Shown piece by piece: positions 11,655 through 23,264 of a stretch of DNA of 64,000 bases. Position numbers and translations under genes: made by a program. Numbering within the stretch: the stretch's first letter is position 1; each line of letters begins with the position of its first letter. Under the pieces are notes generated by a model. That model searched no databases. It was not told the DNA's origin and saw only the letters and a program-made list of their open reading frames with translations. The stretch comes from Entomortierella parvispora E1425 (lineage: Eukaryota > Fungi > Mortierellomycota): positions 310,001 to 374,000 of the forward strand of contig BQFW01000012.1 in NCBI GenBank assembly GCA_020891255.1, given 5' to 3'.

Positions 11655-12575
11655 TTATTCCTCATCCTCATCATCACCACCGGCATCCTTGGAGGCAGCG
11701 GCAGCAGCACGCTTTCTCTTGACACGACCGGCACGTCCACCACCGTAGGGGGAGGTGAGGGAGAAGTCAATGTGCTTCTGGGAGTCGAGACGGACAACGA
11801 AGGAAGGGATATCGACGACCTGCTTGCCGACGCGGATGTGGCGCTGACGGATCAAGACACGAGCGTGGTGAATGGACTTGGCAAGACCGAGCTTGAAGAC
11901 CTGGGTCTGGAGGCGACGCTCCAAGAAATCCTCAATCTTCAAGGCCAAGACGTAATCCAACTTCATCTTGTCCTCGTCCAAGACACCGATGCGGACCAAA
12001 CGGCGAATCAAAGCGTTACCCTCGAAAAGGCGACGGGGGTCCTTGTCCTCCAAAGTCAAGAGCTCACGAGCAGCACGACGAATGTTGGAAAGGGTGAAAC
12101 CAATGCGCCAGATCTCGCGCTTGTTACGGAGACCGTACTCACCAATGAGCTTCAACTCCTGGTCGAGACGGGCGGCCTCGAAAGGACGACGGGGGACCTT
12201 GTAGGTCTTGGAACAGTTCTTGGGAGCTCCGGAAGGCACTGATAGTCAGAAAAAGATAAAAGGTGAGTGGGTGATGTTCTTGCTTCAATTCATTGTCCTT
12301 GCCAACGTCCTTGTTCTGTAGTCTTTGCCGTTGGTCAACAGCCGTCGAAAAGAAAGAAAATAGATCCAACTCTTGAATTCAACATTGGACATTTCCAAAT
12401 CGCAAAAAAAATGGGCAGAGTGATCATGCCGCAATGTCCTTTGTGAATGAAATCTGTCCATGAATGAATCCAGCTGGTCCAGTCTGTTCTTCCGGTGGTT
12501 GGCAACGACAGTAGCTACAAGTCCAAGTCGTTGGCGAAGGATCCTTGGCATGCTCGGGGTGGACATTAACATACT
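11655..12575 (-). CDS. RPS9: 40S ribosomal protein S9 (uS4); start codon split A|TG by a 336-nt intron (12574-12239)
   Basis: [27 protein letters not shown]...[28 protein letters not shown] is canonical uS4. The only in-frame start is made by joining ...TAACCA|GTATGT to CTATCAG|TGCCT. Confidence 0.95.
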
Positions 12576-13175
12576 GGTTAAGACTGAAGAGAAAGAGAAG
12601 GATCTTGCCTGGCCGCAGGGCCGACCTCGTTCTTATCCTCTCGAGAGCAGTCATGAAATGTAAACACAAATACGGGTTGCAGACCATAACAGGAAATCAA
12701 CCCCGGTGGCGACCAGGGACGGAGAGAAGCACGTGATCAGGAAAGATTTTTTTTCGCTTTTGCTCCACGATTCAATCCACGGTCACAGCCTTGAATCCGC
12801 CAGAGTCAAAGAGAGGCCCGCCCGCGGTTTGTTTTGATTCCTCCTCTTCTTTCATTCTTGACCTCTTAGGGTAATTGCTGATGGACTGAATCATCATCAA
12901 GCACCCACACAGGACAGCTACGCGGGAGCATACAGGGAGCAGGAGCCATGCCGGAAGAGCTCATCACTCCTGGACCAGAAGCGGATGATCATCATGCCAG
13001 CGCTCTCATCCATCATCCCATCACCATCATCGACTTTTGACATTGGAATTGAATTCAGGATCCATCATGTCTGCAGAGGGAATCTCTCATTCAACATTTT
13101 ACAATGACCATGGAGGACTTATGCCCAATTTCTTTTCTTTTCCACTCCAATCAACCTCAACAGAATTGATTCATC
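12576..13175. promoter_or_regulatory. Shared divergent promoter / 5' UTR region of RPS9 and RPL21, including a probable RPL21 5'-UTR intron (12871-13163)
   Basis: 600 bp between divergent starts. Contains CACGTGA (12730-12736), TTAGGG (12866-12871), a GTAATT donor at 12871 and a pyrimidine tract + CAG at 13163, with several upstream ATGs between donor and acceptor. Confidence 0.55.
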
Positions 13176-14211
13176 ATGCCTCACTCCTATGGTATCCGTG
13201 CTCGCACCCGCCACATGTTCGCCCGTAACTTCAGGGAGCATGGTATGCCCATCAAGCTTACCACCTACTTGAAGACCTACAAGGTCGGCGACATTGTTGA
13301 CATCAAGGCTAACGGTGCTATCCACAAGGGTATGCCCCACAAGTTCTACCACGGGTATGTCGTCCAGTCTGGTCCTTTTTGCCGGTTACATCAGGATCTC
13401 GTTGAATCAGCGTCAGGAGGAGACATCGTAGCAGGGATCAACAATTCAACAGTCAAGTCGAGGCCAGAAGGAATGAAATCAGGATCATAGAGGAAATGAG
13501 GCTCGCCTTTGACCTGATCTCGGCATTGATGAGGAGCTACTCCCATCTCGGATTCAATAAGCCTGGGAGCTGCTTCTGGCCAATGACCTACAGTCGGATC
13601 TGCATCTCAACGCCCAGTCAACTTTGTGGCTGATTTTTGTAGCAATTGGATGACTTGGATCTCATACCCATTGGACTCTATCCCTGTCAACATTTTCATC
13701 AACATTTTTACAGACTTGATTGTGGAGAAAGCCAGGATTCTGATGAAAATCATTTAGGACATCGTTTTACAAAGGGAATTCCCCTAACACTTCTTTTTTT
13801 TATAATCTAGTCGCACCGGTATCATCTACAACGTGACCAAGTCCGCTGTTGGTATCATCATCAACAAGAAGGTCGGTAACCGTTTCCTCGAGAAGCGCGT
13901 CAACATCCGCATTGAGCACATCAAGCACTCCAAGTGCCGTGATGATTTCTTGCGTCGCGTCAAGGAGAACGCTGCTGCCAAGATCCAGGCTAAGAAGGAT
14001 GGTGTCAAGCTCAACTTGAAGCGCCAGCCCGCCCAGCCCCGTGAGGCCCGCTTCGTCTCGATCAAGCACAACATCCCCACCACCCTCAACCCCATCCCCT
14101 ACGACAGTAAGTTTCATGGACGTGAATGTCTCCTTGCTTTTGAACCCCATGTGGAAAACTGTTTCTCTAATTCTCTTTTCCTCTCTTTTTCTCCCCAATA
14201 GCCCTTGTTTA
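13176..14211 (+). CDS. RPL21: 60S ribosomal protein L21 (eL21); exons 13176-13354, 13811-14106 and about 14201-14211
   Basis: [15 protein letters not shown]...[26 protein letters not shown]|RTG...[22 protein letters not shown] and GTAAGT donors, TAG acceptors; ends YDTLV-stop. Confidence 0.95.
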
Positions 14212-14604
14212 AGTGCTGTCAGGATTTGATCGTGAGCGGAAACGTTGGAAATAAAACGAGCAGATATATTTCCTCAGACGGTGCCTTTTTTTTTTTTTAC
14301 TGCAGATTGGTATATTTTTATTTTATTCGATTGATGATTGCGTGCACGACGGTGGCAAAACAATCCTCGCACAAGTCACCACCATGCACTTTCTTGTGAG
14401 TCTAGTTGTGGTGGATGATGGCTAGGTTGAAATACAGGCCTCGCTGTGCATTGTGCGAAGGGGTCTGCGCAAAGAGCGGCGCGTGGTATTTGCCACCAGT
14501 GGCGCACAGTCCACCCTCGAATTCTTCTGTTGAGGAGACATTCGTCTCTATTTTTCCTTCATTCACCATTTTTCATTCCCTCTGCAAAAGTATGAGCAAG
14601 TCCC

Positions 14605-15288
14605 ATGCCGCCACCTCCGTCCCTGCTGTTACTCCTGTTGGAGTGTCTCCAGATAATCCTCGGGTTGTTTGTGGACCAGTCCGACAAAACCATGTTGGAT
14701 CGAATCCTACAAGTTAGCCGCTACTTTTGATCGCTTACTTTGCCGTACCTTTACACTGAGGCGTATTCAGCAAAAACGGAAACTCCTTCTGCTGTCTCTC
14801 ATGCAGCTTGTGGGGTTATTCAAACACTCCTTCGACAGCAGCCAGAGGTGCAAGTCAGCGATCTACTTTCTGCGGCTTATGGCGTCTTTCCCGCGCAGAC
14901 ATCCTCTGTAACAATTGACAACGACTAGAAGTTCCAGGAGCACAATCCCAACAATGGCCAGTCGCAGCAGGTGAACATCGACTATCCGTCGTTCGTGCGC
15001 ACCTTCAACTTTGAACTCGGCTGCTTTAATCCTCCCCACAAAGAGTTACATTTGTCTTGTCTCGGTGGCAAGAAAGGGAAAGCTGCATCGGTATTCAGGT
15101 TGACAACAACTCTCAGTTGGAGACAAAATGCTACGAGACTGGAGGCATTAAAACGGCAGGATCTGTTGTATACAGGAGAGTGGGGAGAAACGACAGGGAG
15201 GCAAAAGAATACCTATTTTCCATGCCGCCTTGAGGACACTTGCGTGCCTTGTCCTACCATGCCCCTGAATTTCACCTGGTTTCCTTGA
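14605..15288 (+). pseudogene. Degenerate F-box-like gene with in-frame stops (TGA 14728-14730, TAG 14926-14928)
   Basis: One frame reads MPPPPSLLLLLLECLQIILGLFVDQSDKTMLDRILQVSRYF*SLTLPYLY...VIQTLLRQQPEVQVSDLLSAAY...*...IDYPSFVRTFNFE, resembling the LECL..I...L.V.RY...TLP.LY F-box N-terminus. The expected LRR body is missing. Confidence 0.65.
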
Positions 15289-16057
15289 AACAAAACCTTA
15301 TCCGCACATCGCCATCGACCAAGACAAACTTCGCTCCGGTAAAGCAAGGAAGAACGCAAGGTTTGAAAGGTAAGCAGACAGGATCTCGCATCTTGCCATC
15401 AATTTCCTCTTCTTTCTTTGTCCTTTTATTTGTCCCGCTCCTTGGTATCTTCCCTCGTTTCCTCGCAAGTCAGAACCACCTCTCCCCCAACGGACACAGG
15501 AGAACAACATGTGTCGCCTTGAAAAGATCTACTACCGGGACCCAAAGGATCCAGGATCCGACTCGATTGTTGTCGATTTACACTTGACACACGATGAAAA
15601 CTACATGAATGGTACTTTCAATATCACTGTTTCCTCGACAGGCACCTATTTTGATCTTGGCCAAGTCATCCTAGACTTCAACGCAACCGAATTCAGATTC
15701 CCTTGGCTCACATTCACTATCCCCGAGAAGTTCCAGCCGTTGGAAATGGATGTGGGCAGCAGTGAAGTCTACCATGACCCTGACCCTCTCTAGTTTTTCA
15801 TGAGCGTCATGCACTGCGACGTCAAGTACCGGGAGCATCCCGGGTTCGTCTTTCCAGGATCGTCATGGATGGACAAGACATGTACAATTTGCGACAGTGA
15901 CGGCGGCGTTGCCGTTGTCAAAAAAAGGACACGCCGGAAGATCACCGAGCAAATTCTCTCTCAGTTGAATGGGGTCAGCGATTTTGAATGGGAGGCTTCT
16001 TCTTGGGGCGCCATGGATGATGATGCATTCTTTGCCAACCTTGACAAAACTGGCTAA
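15240..16057 (+). pseudogene. Gene relic of unknown family, with an intron (15370-15473) and an in-frame TAG (15791-15793)
   Basis: A GTAAGC..TCAG intron joins ORF 15240 in frame to ORF 15509. ORF 15800-16057 continues in the same frame two codons after the TAG. No recognisable domain. Confidence 0.4.
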
Positions 16058-16255
16058 ATGGACTACAGTCTCCTGGCCTTTCCCCCCTTATTCTAAGAAC
16101 TATCTGAATAAAAAGTCCTCATAAGCCCAAAAATCACATACAATTGCTGAATCTTTATTTTTTTTTCCCGGGACTACAAGAGGATTAGCCCGCCTATACT
16201 TGGGTAGAAGGCTTCTTTAGTACACGTCCGCATGCTAAGGGTATCTTCGATGATG

Positions 16256-17698
16256 TTACATGATAATGGAAATCGTGACGGCTACAACGGCCAAGACGCC
16301 TGCGATGGAGTTCCTGGCAGAGAGGTTCAATGCACTATTGCTTCCATTACCGGATCCTCCGGCGCCGCCGTTGTTGTTGCTATTGCCTCCGGTCGAAGTT
16401 TTAGAAGACGGGGTATATACCGTTCCCCAAGAGTTGGCCTTCATATCCAGAACAATTGGACCTCCCAAGTTGGATTGTATCACAACACTGTCTCCAGAAA
16501 AAGTGTTATAGCCTCCCCAGATAATAAACGAATCGCCAGAAACAGCACAGATACCGCCATAGTATTTGGATGGCATGCTGGCCATCTTTGTCCACACCAT
16601 GGTGGGCACATCGAGCATGTAGACGTCGTCGAGAGCCAGGTTGGGATTGACAGGTGCACGAGTTCCAGAGTTGTCGATCGCGCCTCCTGCGATGATCAGC
16701 TTTGTGCCATTGTAGGCTATGAGTGTTTTGCAAGGGCGACGTGGGGTTCACTCGTTAGAAAGAAAAAAAAAAGCATCAAAGGCAGAACGGTGCTGGCTTG
16801 GAGAACAAGTCTTTGCATTTACCAGAAGCGAAACATGGTGTCTTCCTTGGGGAAGGGATGGCTCCTGTTGCAGACTGTAAAAGAAAAGGAGGTGACGGTT
16901 AAGATCGATAATCAATCCTCTTTCCATGAAAAAGTTCAGGGGCATGAGAAAGTGTGCGCTTGGGCTTTTTTTTCTTACAATTGGCGTGAAAGTCTTTGCG
17001 GCAATGTCGTATTGGTTCAATTGACTGACGCCAGTGCGGAATGGTGATTTATACGTGAAAAAGCTCTTCTTGGCGCTGCTGTATACCGTCGTCATCGTAT
17101 TGGTGACACTGGGACCATCGGAGATCGTTTGATACGTATAGCTGTTCTTGACAGGGTCAAAGGCCGTAATGTTCCAATCGCCCGTCGACGAGGCGCCTCC
17201 AAATCCGTAAATCAGACCGGCATCTGTGTCCGTTGTGATACCCTTATCAGCAAAGGAGAAAGGCAACTCCACAAAGGTCTCTTTGGTATATTGACCCGAG
17301 GCAACATCGTAGCGACGGGTGCCATTGGTGGGGAAGAAAAACACTGATTTGCCGTCGGGAGTAGCGGCCAGAGGTCCATTGTTATCGCCAGGGTAGGCTG
17401 TGAGGCGATCCAAGGATTTCCAGGCAGGAGAAGCTGTTGTCCAGGAGGTTGTCAGATCCAAGGCGAGGAATTGGTGGACGAACGTAAACAGGTGGGCATT
17501 TCCCAAGTGAGTACCGTCGCCCAAATACAGAGTTTGACCATCGATGTATGAAGTATCGGAAAGGCCCGATGCGTTGGGGACAGCGTTAGTGGCCAGTGGT
17601 GAGGAAGGGCCGGCTGTGGTCATTTGTGCATTCACCTGGGTCATGGAGAGACCCAGGAGTGCAAGAGAGGCCAACGTAGACAGAGAAGAAAGGAACAT
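16256..17698 (-). CDS. Secreted Kelch/galactose-oxidase-like beta-propeller protein with a C-terminal GPI-like signal; exons 17698-16979, 16874-16823, 16716-16256
   Basis: Signal peptide MFLSSLSTLASLALLGLSMTQVNA; FLALDLTTSW; AYNGTKLIIAGG and CAVSGDSFIIWGG Kelch-type motifs; Gly/Ser/Asn spacer, then a hydrophobic C-terminal tail. Confidence 0.85.
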
Positions 17699-17765
17699 GG
17701 AGAAGGAGGGAAGGGGAGGGCGTTGATGAGCACAAAAAAATCCAGGGAAAAAAAACCTCGCTCAG

Positions 17766-17773
17766 CTTTTATA
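17766..17773 (-). promoter_or_regulatory. TATA box (TATAAAAG) about 70 bp upstream of the Kelch gene ATG
   Basis: Consensus match at a typical distance. Confidence 0.5.
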
Positions 17774-20157
17774 CGCCGTGGCCTTATTTTTAGGTTCACC
17801 GCGTATTGTACCTGGGGAGGACATGTCAGAAAGGAAAGGGCTCCCAGGAGCTGCCCGGTTTCTCTTTGGATGAGAGCTTCTCGTCTGAGGCTGCGCGCGG
17901 TTGAAGATTTTTTTTTCTTGTGCGCCCAAAAGCACAAACGCCAATACTCGGATCGACTATAGATTTTCAACATTGCAGGGATGGGGAATGCTGGTCTTTT
18001 CAATCGCGTCCTCTCCTTGTCCACAACTGAGGTCCAAATTAGGACCTGCATTCTGAACAACGAGAAGGAAACATGGGAGGAGAGAGAAGGCAGTTGACAG
18101 AATTGCTCCCACCTGCGCCCTCTTCCTTATTTTTAGGTTTTAATGGCCCAGCATGTAATGGAGCAAGGGAATGCTGCGTCGTACCGAGATTCGATGTTCT
18201 TCTGAACCTTCCAAAGAACAGCTCCGCTTTTCTGACCGAGGTTTTTTCAACTTGCTGCTCTGCAGAGATGACAGGACCACGCGCGTTCTGCTCACTCGAA
18301 TTTTTTCAGTCGCTAGAAAAAAATAAAAAAATATACACACACAGAGTGACCTGTCCGGTGCCTTCCTCTCCCTTAGGAATATGGACGTCAGAAACTCATC
18401 TAGCGAAAAGCAGGCGAATTGAATTCCTTCTTCGAGATCAGTGAGCGCTGAATGGCATCCAAAAGAGGCATGCACAGCCGGGGAACTGCCAACAGCGGGC
18501 TCCCAAGACACCACCAGCTAATATTCTCTCCTCGTGCTCCAAGAAAACTCAATTGGCACACATGGTACTAGACAGAGTTCAACGAGCCATTACAGCTGCG
18601 CCGTTTCTCATCTGAAAGACATGCCACCAGTTCCCGTTTGCTCCTTTCTGCAGGAAGTAGACGTGACAAGTCGGAATTCGATTTGTTTCCAAAATAAAGA
18701 AGACAAGTGAGGGGGTAACATTGTGCAGTGGGACCTTAAGGTGCCTTCTGGAGATAGAAGGAGATAGAAGGCTGCTTTATGATAAAAAAATAGAGGAACT
18801 TCTGTATTAAAATGTCTAAACATAAAGGATATCTAAAATAAAAGAGACGGTGAATCCCGCGCGCCTGAACTTGAGGATGAGGAAAAGAAGCAGGAAAGCC
18901 GTCGTCGTTTAGGGCGACCTGAGCAGGTTCCTCGATAATTGACATGTTGAGTAGTGTACGATCAATAGCTGTGGTCTCGCCTTGTCCTGACTACGTCGCT
19001 GGTTTAGTACTGTACGTCTTCACGTCCTTGGAGTTTAGTACAGGACGTCGCTGGAGTTGAGTAGAATCCGCTGGAGACGTTTTTATCTTTGTCCACTAAA
19101 AAGATGAAGGGACAAAGGCCTGAGCCGGCATAGCAAGCAGCAGTTTGGCTGGAGAACTGTAGAGAATATTTGGTGAGCGCGCCAAAGGCAAGGCCTGGCC
19201 AGAGAAAAGACGGCAGGATCATGATTTTTGGTTAATTTCGACAGGGAAAACAACCGTCTGACAATACTTTTTCATGAATGAGGAAACTTACTCTTGGCAT
19301 TCGGACTATGGCTAGGTGTTGAGAATCCAAGGCTAACTAGATATCTCTGACCGAGAAGACCGTTCGCTATATTGCGCTCGGTCAAAAGCAACAGAAGCAA
19401 CCGCTGGGAGACCAGTAGGGAGGCTTCACTCGGTAAGCCTAAAAGCTCAAAGGGGTTCTAAGGACTAAAGTTGTTGGAGTTGGATAGAAGCAGAGAGTAA
19501 GAGAGAAAGGGAAAAAACAGACGCCCCAATCATGCAATATAAGGTGAGGAAACAAATGAGGGTAAAAAAAGCAGGAAACAATAACAAAGACGCAGAGGCA
19601 ATGATGGAGGAGGCGAAGAAACAATAGAGGGTAGAAGGAGAAGAAGTACGAGGACAGAGGGGCTACAAGTGAGGCAAGAAGAGGGGCAAGGCGCAAAGAG
19701 ATGGTGGTGCACGTCGCCCCACCCCGTTTCGGTCCGTTTGGCCGCCTCATTTGATCTCTTCATATTTGGTCTTTTTTTCTTCTGTGACAGGAGGCCACCG
19801 ATGGTCGCCATTATTGGACTCGAAAGCGCCATCTAGCTCTCGCCCGTCACCATTTGCAGGAGTATTTCAATAGTACAAATAAAACCAACTCCTGAGTCGG
19901 GCGCCTCAAAACAGTGAAAAAACAGTTGGTCTGTGGATGACTTGCCTCGCTGACGTTGCTAGAAGATAAAATACAAAAAAAAAAAAAAAAAAAAAGAAAA
20001 AAAAAGGTCGCGAATAATCCAAACATCTGTACAAAACGCTTCCAAGAGAGTGTCGATCATCATCCTCAGGTTTTAATTTACAAGGTATCTCTATTTTGAA
20101 TGAGGAGTGGGGAGTAAATTACAAAAAAAGTGTCCCTGCTGGACTTCCATGAACCCA

Positions 20158-22736
20158 TTAACCATCAATCGTCCACCCGTGCGCCAACATCTCGGGCGTA
20201 ATCCCTCTCCGCAAAGTCTCACTTTCGCTGGTCGGTTGACCCCACAAGTGAACATTGTCCATGGAGTGGGTTCCAAACGCGCCTGTTGACTTTGCCACAT
20301 TTCGATCCAGGATATCCTTGCACCCGGTCGGTCCACAAGCCTTGCCCTTTCGAACGTAATCAATGTAGAGACCATACGACCGCTGGCTCGTACCGAGAGC
20401 CATGGTGTGCTTCAGGTTCTCTTCTGCCAGCATCTCTTGCTCCTTTTCAGTCTGCAACTTTTCGACAAGCTTGACCATCCTGACCACATCGATCCAGCGC
20501 GGCGTCCCTTTCCAGTACTCGGCCTGATAGATCCATGAAACCCAGGTATTATACTTCTCGAGCAGAGCCTTTGGGTACTCAGGTCCAATCAGGATGTCCA
20601 ACTCTTCCAAAGCTAGCTTTTGGGCCTCTGGATGGCTCTTCACGTAGGCTCGTTGGTTATCATACACACTCTGCTTTTGCTCATCAGTCATCTCCTTGAG
20701 TTCGTCGTAGGACTTGATCATCTCTTTGGGCAGCCCTAAGATGACGTCTGGTTTGTTTTCGAGCAGCTTGGCTGCGCCCACTGAGTCCTTAGAGTAAGGG
20801 CAGCGAGCTTTTGTCTCCTCGTCCGCATACTGGGTAGGTCCGCACCAAGTCTGAACAAATCGTTGACCGAGCGCTGAGGAGGTGGACATGAACCAGTCCT
20901 CTGTGTACCGTGAAGTATCGACACTGATGATGCTGGAGACGGGGTCGTGGGTTGGCATGAAGATGGACGCTCCAAGAGCATTTCCGTGGGGTGAGATCAG
21001 CACGTTGACATCCCGAAGCAAGTACGCAGTTTCTGCAAGTCCACAGCCATGATCAAAACTCATCCACTTGACACGGAATCCGGCCTGGACCAGTTTCTCG
21101 ACCAATTCGTCCCCATTCAAGAGTCGCCTGGACGATTCACGTTGCAGAATGCCCACAACCAGCTGACGCTTGCCTCCAGCTGTGATAGTGTTCTCATAGG
21201 TCGATTCCAAGTCAACGTAATCCGGATTGCGCTGCCCAATACGACTGGTAACCTCGCCCTGCTCTTGACCATGCCCAGGAACGGCTCGTTCAAAGTTGTA
21301 GTAGCGAGCAATCTCCAAACATTTCAGCTGAGTGGTATCCTGTGCGCCCTTTTCCTGTCGCCTCTCTAGCACGCCGGTGATATTCGACTTTCTGACAAGC
21401 GCCTGGGTCTTTTCAAGGTTTTCGTTATCGTCAAGCCACCGTTTCTTTGTCTTGTGTCCAATGGTTTCGTGCTCTTGGTGATCCAATCCGTGGTCGATTG
21501 CATACTGAGCATTTTTCAGATGACTTTGCCATGTCAAGGGTGTCTTCCAGTAGAAATCCGCGATCTCGTCCCTGAAAGCCTTGTAAACCTCTGTTGGGAT
21601 GTTCTTCTCACAGTACCCAAGAGCACACTGAGAACCAAGACCGATGACAGCCCTTCGGAAACAGATGGGTGCATCCTTGGGAGGCAAGGTCTGAAAAGAT
21701 GTCGAGAGCTCCTCCTCACGAAGTACCAGCTCTCTGCCCGTTTGAAAAAAGTGATCCATCTCCCAAGTTCCTTGACGGTCGATAGGGTCCGCCCAAAATC
21801 GTGCTGCGCGAAAAGTCCATGAATCCCTCGTGTGTCCAAACCGCTTCATCGTACTATTTGTTTACCAGATCAGGGGTTAGAAAGGTTATGCCCGAATCCA
21901 CCAATTGCTTTCGTCTAGTGACCCACAATTATTTTTGGGCCAAACAACCTAACAATTTTTCTCTACCTGTAGAGAGGGGTCATGCCGTTGTACAGCCAGT
22001 GGGAAAAGTGGAAATGCGAGTAGAACGAATGAACAAAGACGGTATCGTTCACAAAGTGGGCCTTGATGGTTTTACTTCCGAACCAAGAAAGGCGTTCCAT
22101 CCGTGGTTGCCACATCTGATCCGACTCTTCATCCGACGCCATGAGGTTGACTTTTGGTACGTTCTTCCTGAAGTATCCTTCCTTTCGAATGAATCCACCT
22201 GAAATTAAAAAAAAAAAAAAAAAATGAGAGGGGGGGTCTTTTTGATCCATTTCAAAGTGCAATACCACACTGGAGGCTGGCAGATCAAGGCAACGCAAGT
22301 GTGCGTGGGTCTTCCTACCTTTCCGATCGACACAAAAGTTTTCTACCACACATTGACGGGATCGCCTGTTCGACTTTGACTCTTGTTCGCTCCTGCTTAG
22401 ATCATCGTCCGTGCAAGTCCAGGTGGCCTCTTGAAGTTTAAAGTCCTGAGCTTTTGTCTCTGCTGTCCATGGGGCATCAGGGGCAGCATTAGCGTCGTTG
22501 TCAGAACCAGAGTTTCCTCTCCTGGAGACCCCGTCCATAGATTGTCCCAGGCTGATGAGCAGGACGAGTCCTGTAGAAAGGATGAGACCAATGAGGACGG
22601 CTCGGCGCTTTGTCCTGGTGGCAGCCAAGACCAAGGCCAGGCATTGGGCAGCCCTGTTCATAGGCCGACTGTGAGGGTTGTGTGGCCCGCTCTGGTCTCC
22701 GCCCGCAGTCAAGGGTAGAAGCTGGTAGGATGCCAT
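20158..22736 (-). CDS. Type II membrane glycosyltransferase family 61 (DUF563/EOGT-like); exons 22736-22319, 22198-21967, 21853-20158
   Basis: N-terminal TM helix (AVLIGLILSTGLVLLISLG). RESSRRLLNGDELVEKL..GF.V...FD...L...DVNVLISPHGNAL..SIFM matches the GT61 R..N.E.....D...HG motif. Introns keep the frame. Confidence 0.8.
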
Positions 22737-22919
22737 GGAGGACAAAGAGGGAGATGAAGAGGGAGAGAGATGACGGATGGTCCACGCTCTGCATTCATTG
22801 CAGGCAAGGACCGAGGAAAGACCGTCTTGTACCCTTAAGGAAAAAATCATTGGCCAATCAGCGCTGGCCGCTGCGGTGGCAGTGCGTGCCTGTCAATGTG
22901 TGTATCTATTACGGTGTCT

Positions 22920-23264
22920 TCAGTCATTGAACAGGATTTCCGTGTAATTTGACCTGATGATACTCACGTAAGGCGTAAGGTTGCGGCAGGTGCAATTCGT
23001 CCTTGCATAACCGGCTGGATGAATTTGGAAAATAGTTTCTTCGGTGTTTGAGCCGACGTTGGGGAGTGGTTGCGACCAAGGTCGCGATGATCTTGCAAAC
23101 GGAGGAAGGGTTGCTCTGTCTGATGATGTGAGCTGAGGGTACCCTGATGCTGCGATGTTTAAGGCGGCGTTGGTGTCCCGGCCCCGAATGGTATACCCGC
23201 ATCGATGGGATATACATTCGGCGTTTGTGCTCTCAGCTGCCCCGTCAATCCTGACAAGCCTCGC
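22920..23264 (-). mobile_element. Relic of a TnpB/Fanzor-type RuvC nuclease C-terminus (transposon-derived; truncated, pseudogenised)
   Basis: Stop-free minus frame not shown in the ORF track (no early start codon): ARLVRIDGAAESTNAECISHRCGYTIRGRDTNAALNIAASGYPQLTSSDRATLPPFAR. RDTNAALNI (23180-23154) matches the RD-x-NAA-x-NI RuvC-III motif, preceded by a partly decayed Cys region. An in-frame TGA lies at 23267-23265. Confidence 0.7.

Noticed and set aside
11490-12242. 250-aa plus-strand ORF overlapping RPS9
   Set aside because: Exact antisense shadow of a highly codon-biased gene; the same applies to 13800-14198 (RPL21), 16232-17047 (Kelch) and 46920-47660 (hydrolase).
17990-19450. Short ORFs and small imperfect repeats (CCAGCGACGT and GTACTAAAC twice each; an 8-bp stem at 19348-19384)
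   Set aside because: No consistent frame, splice pattern or recognisable motif; cannot be supported as a gene or mobile element.
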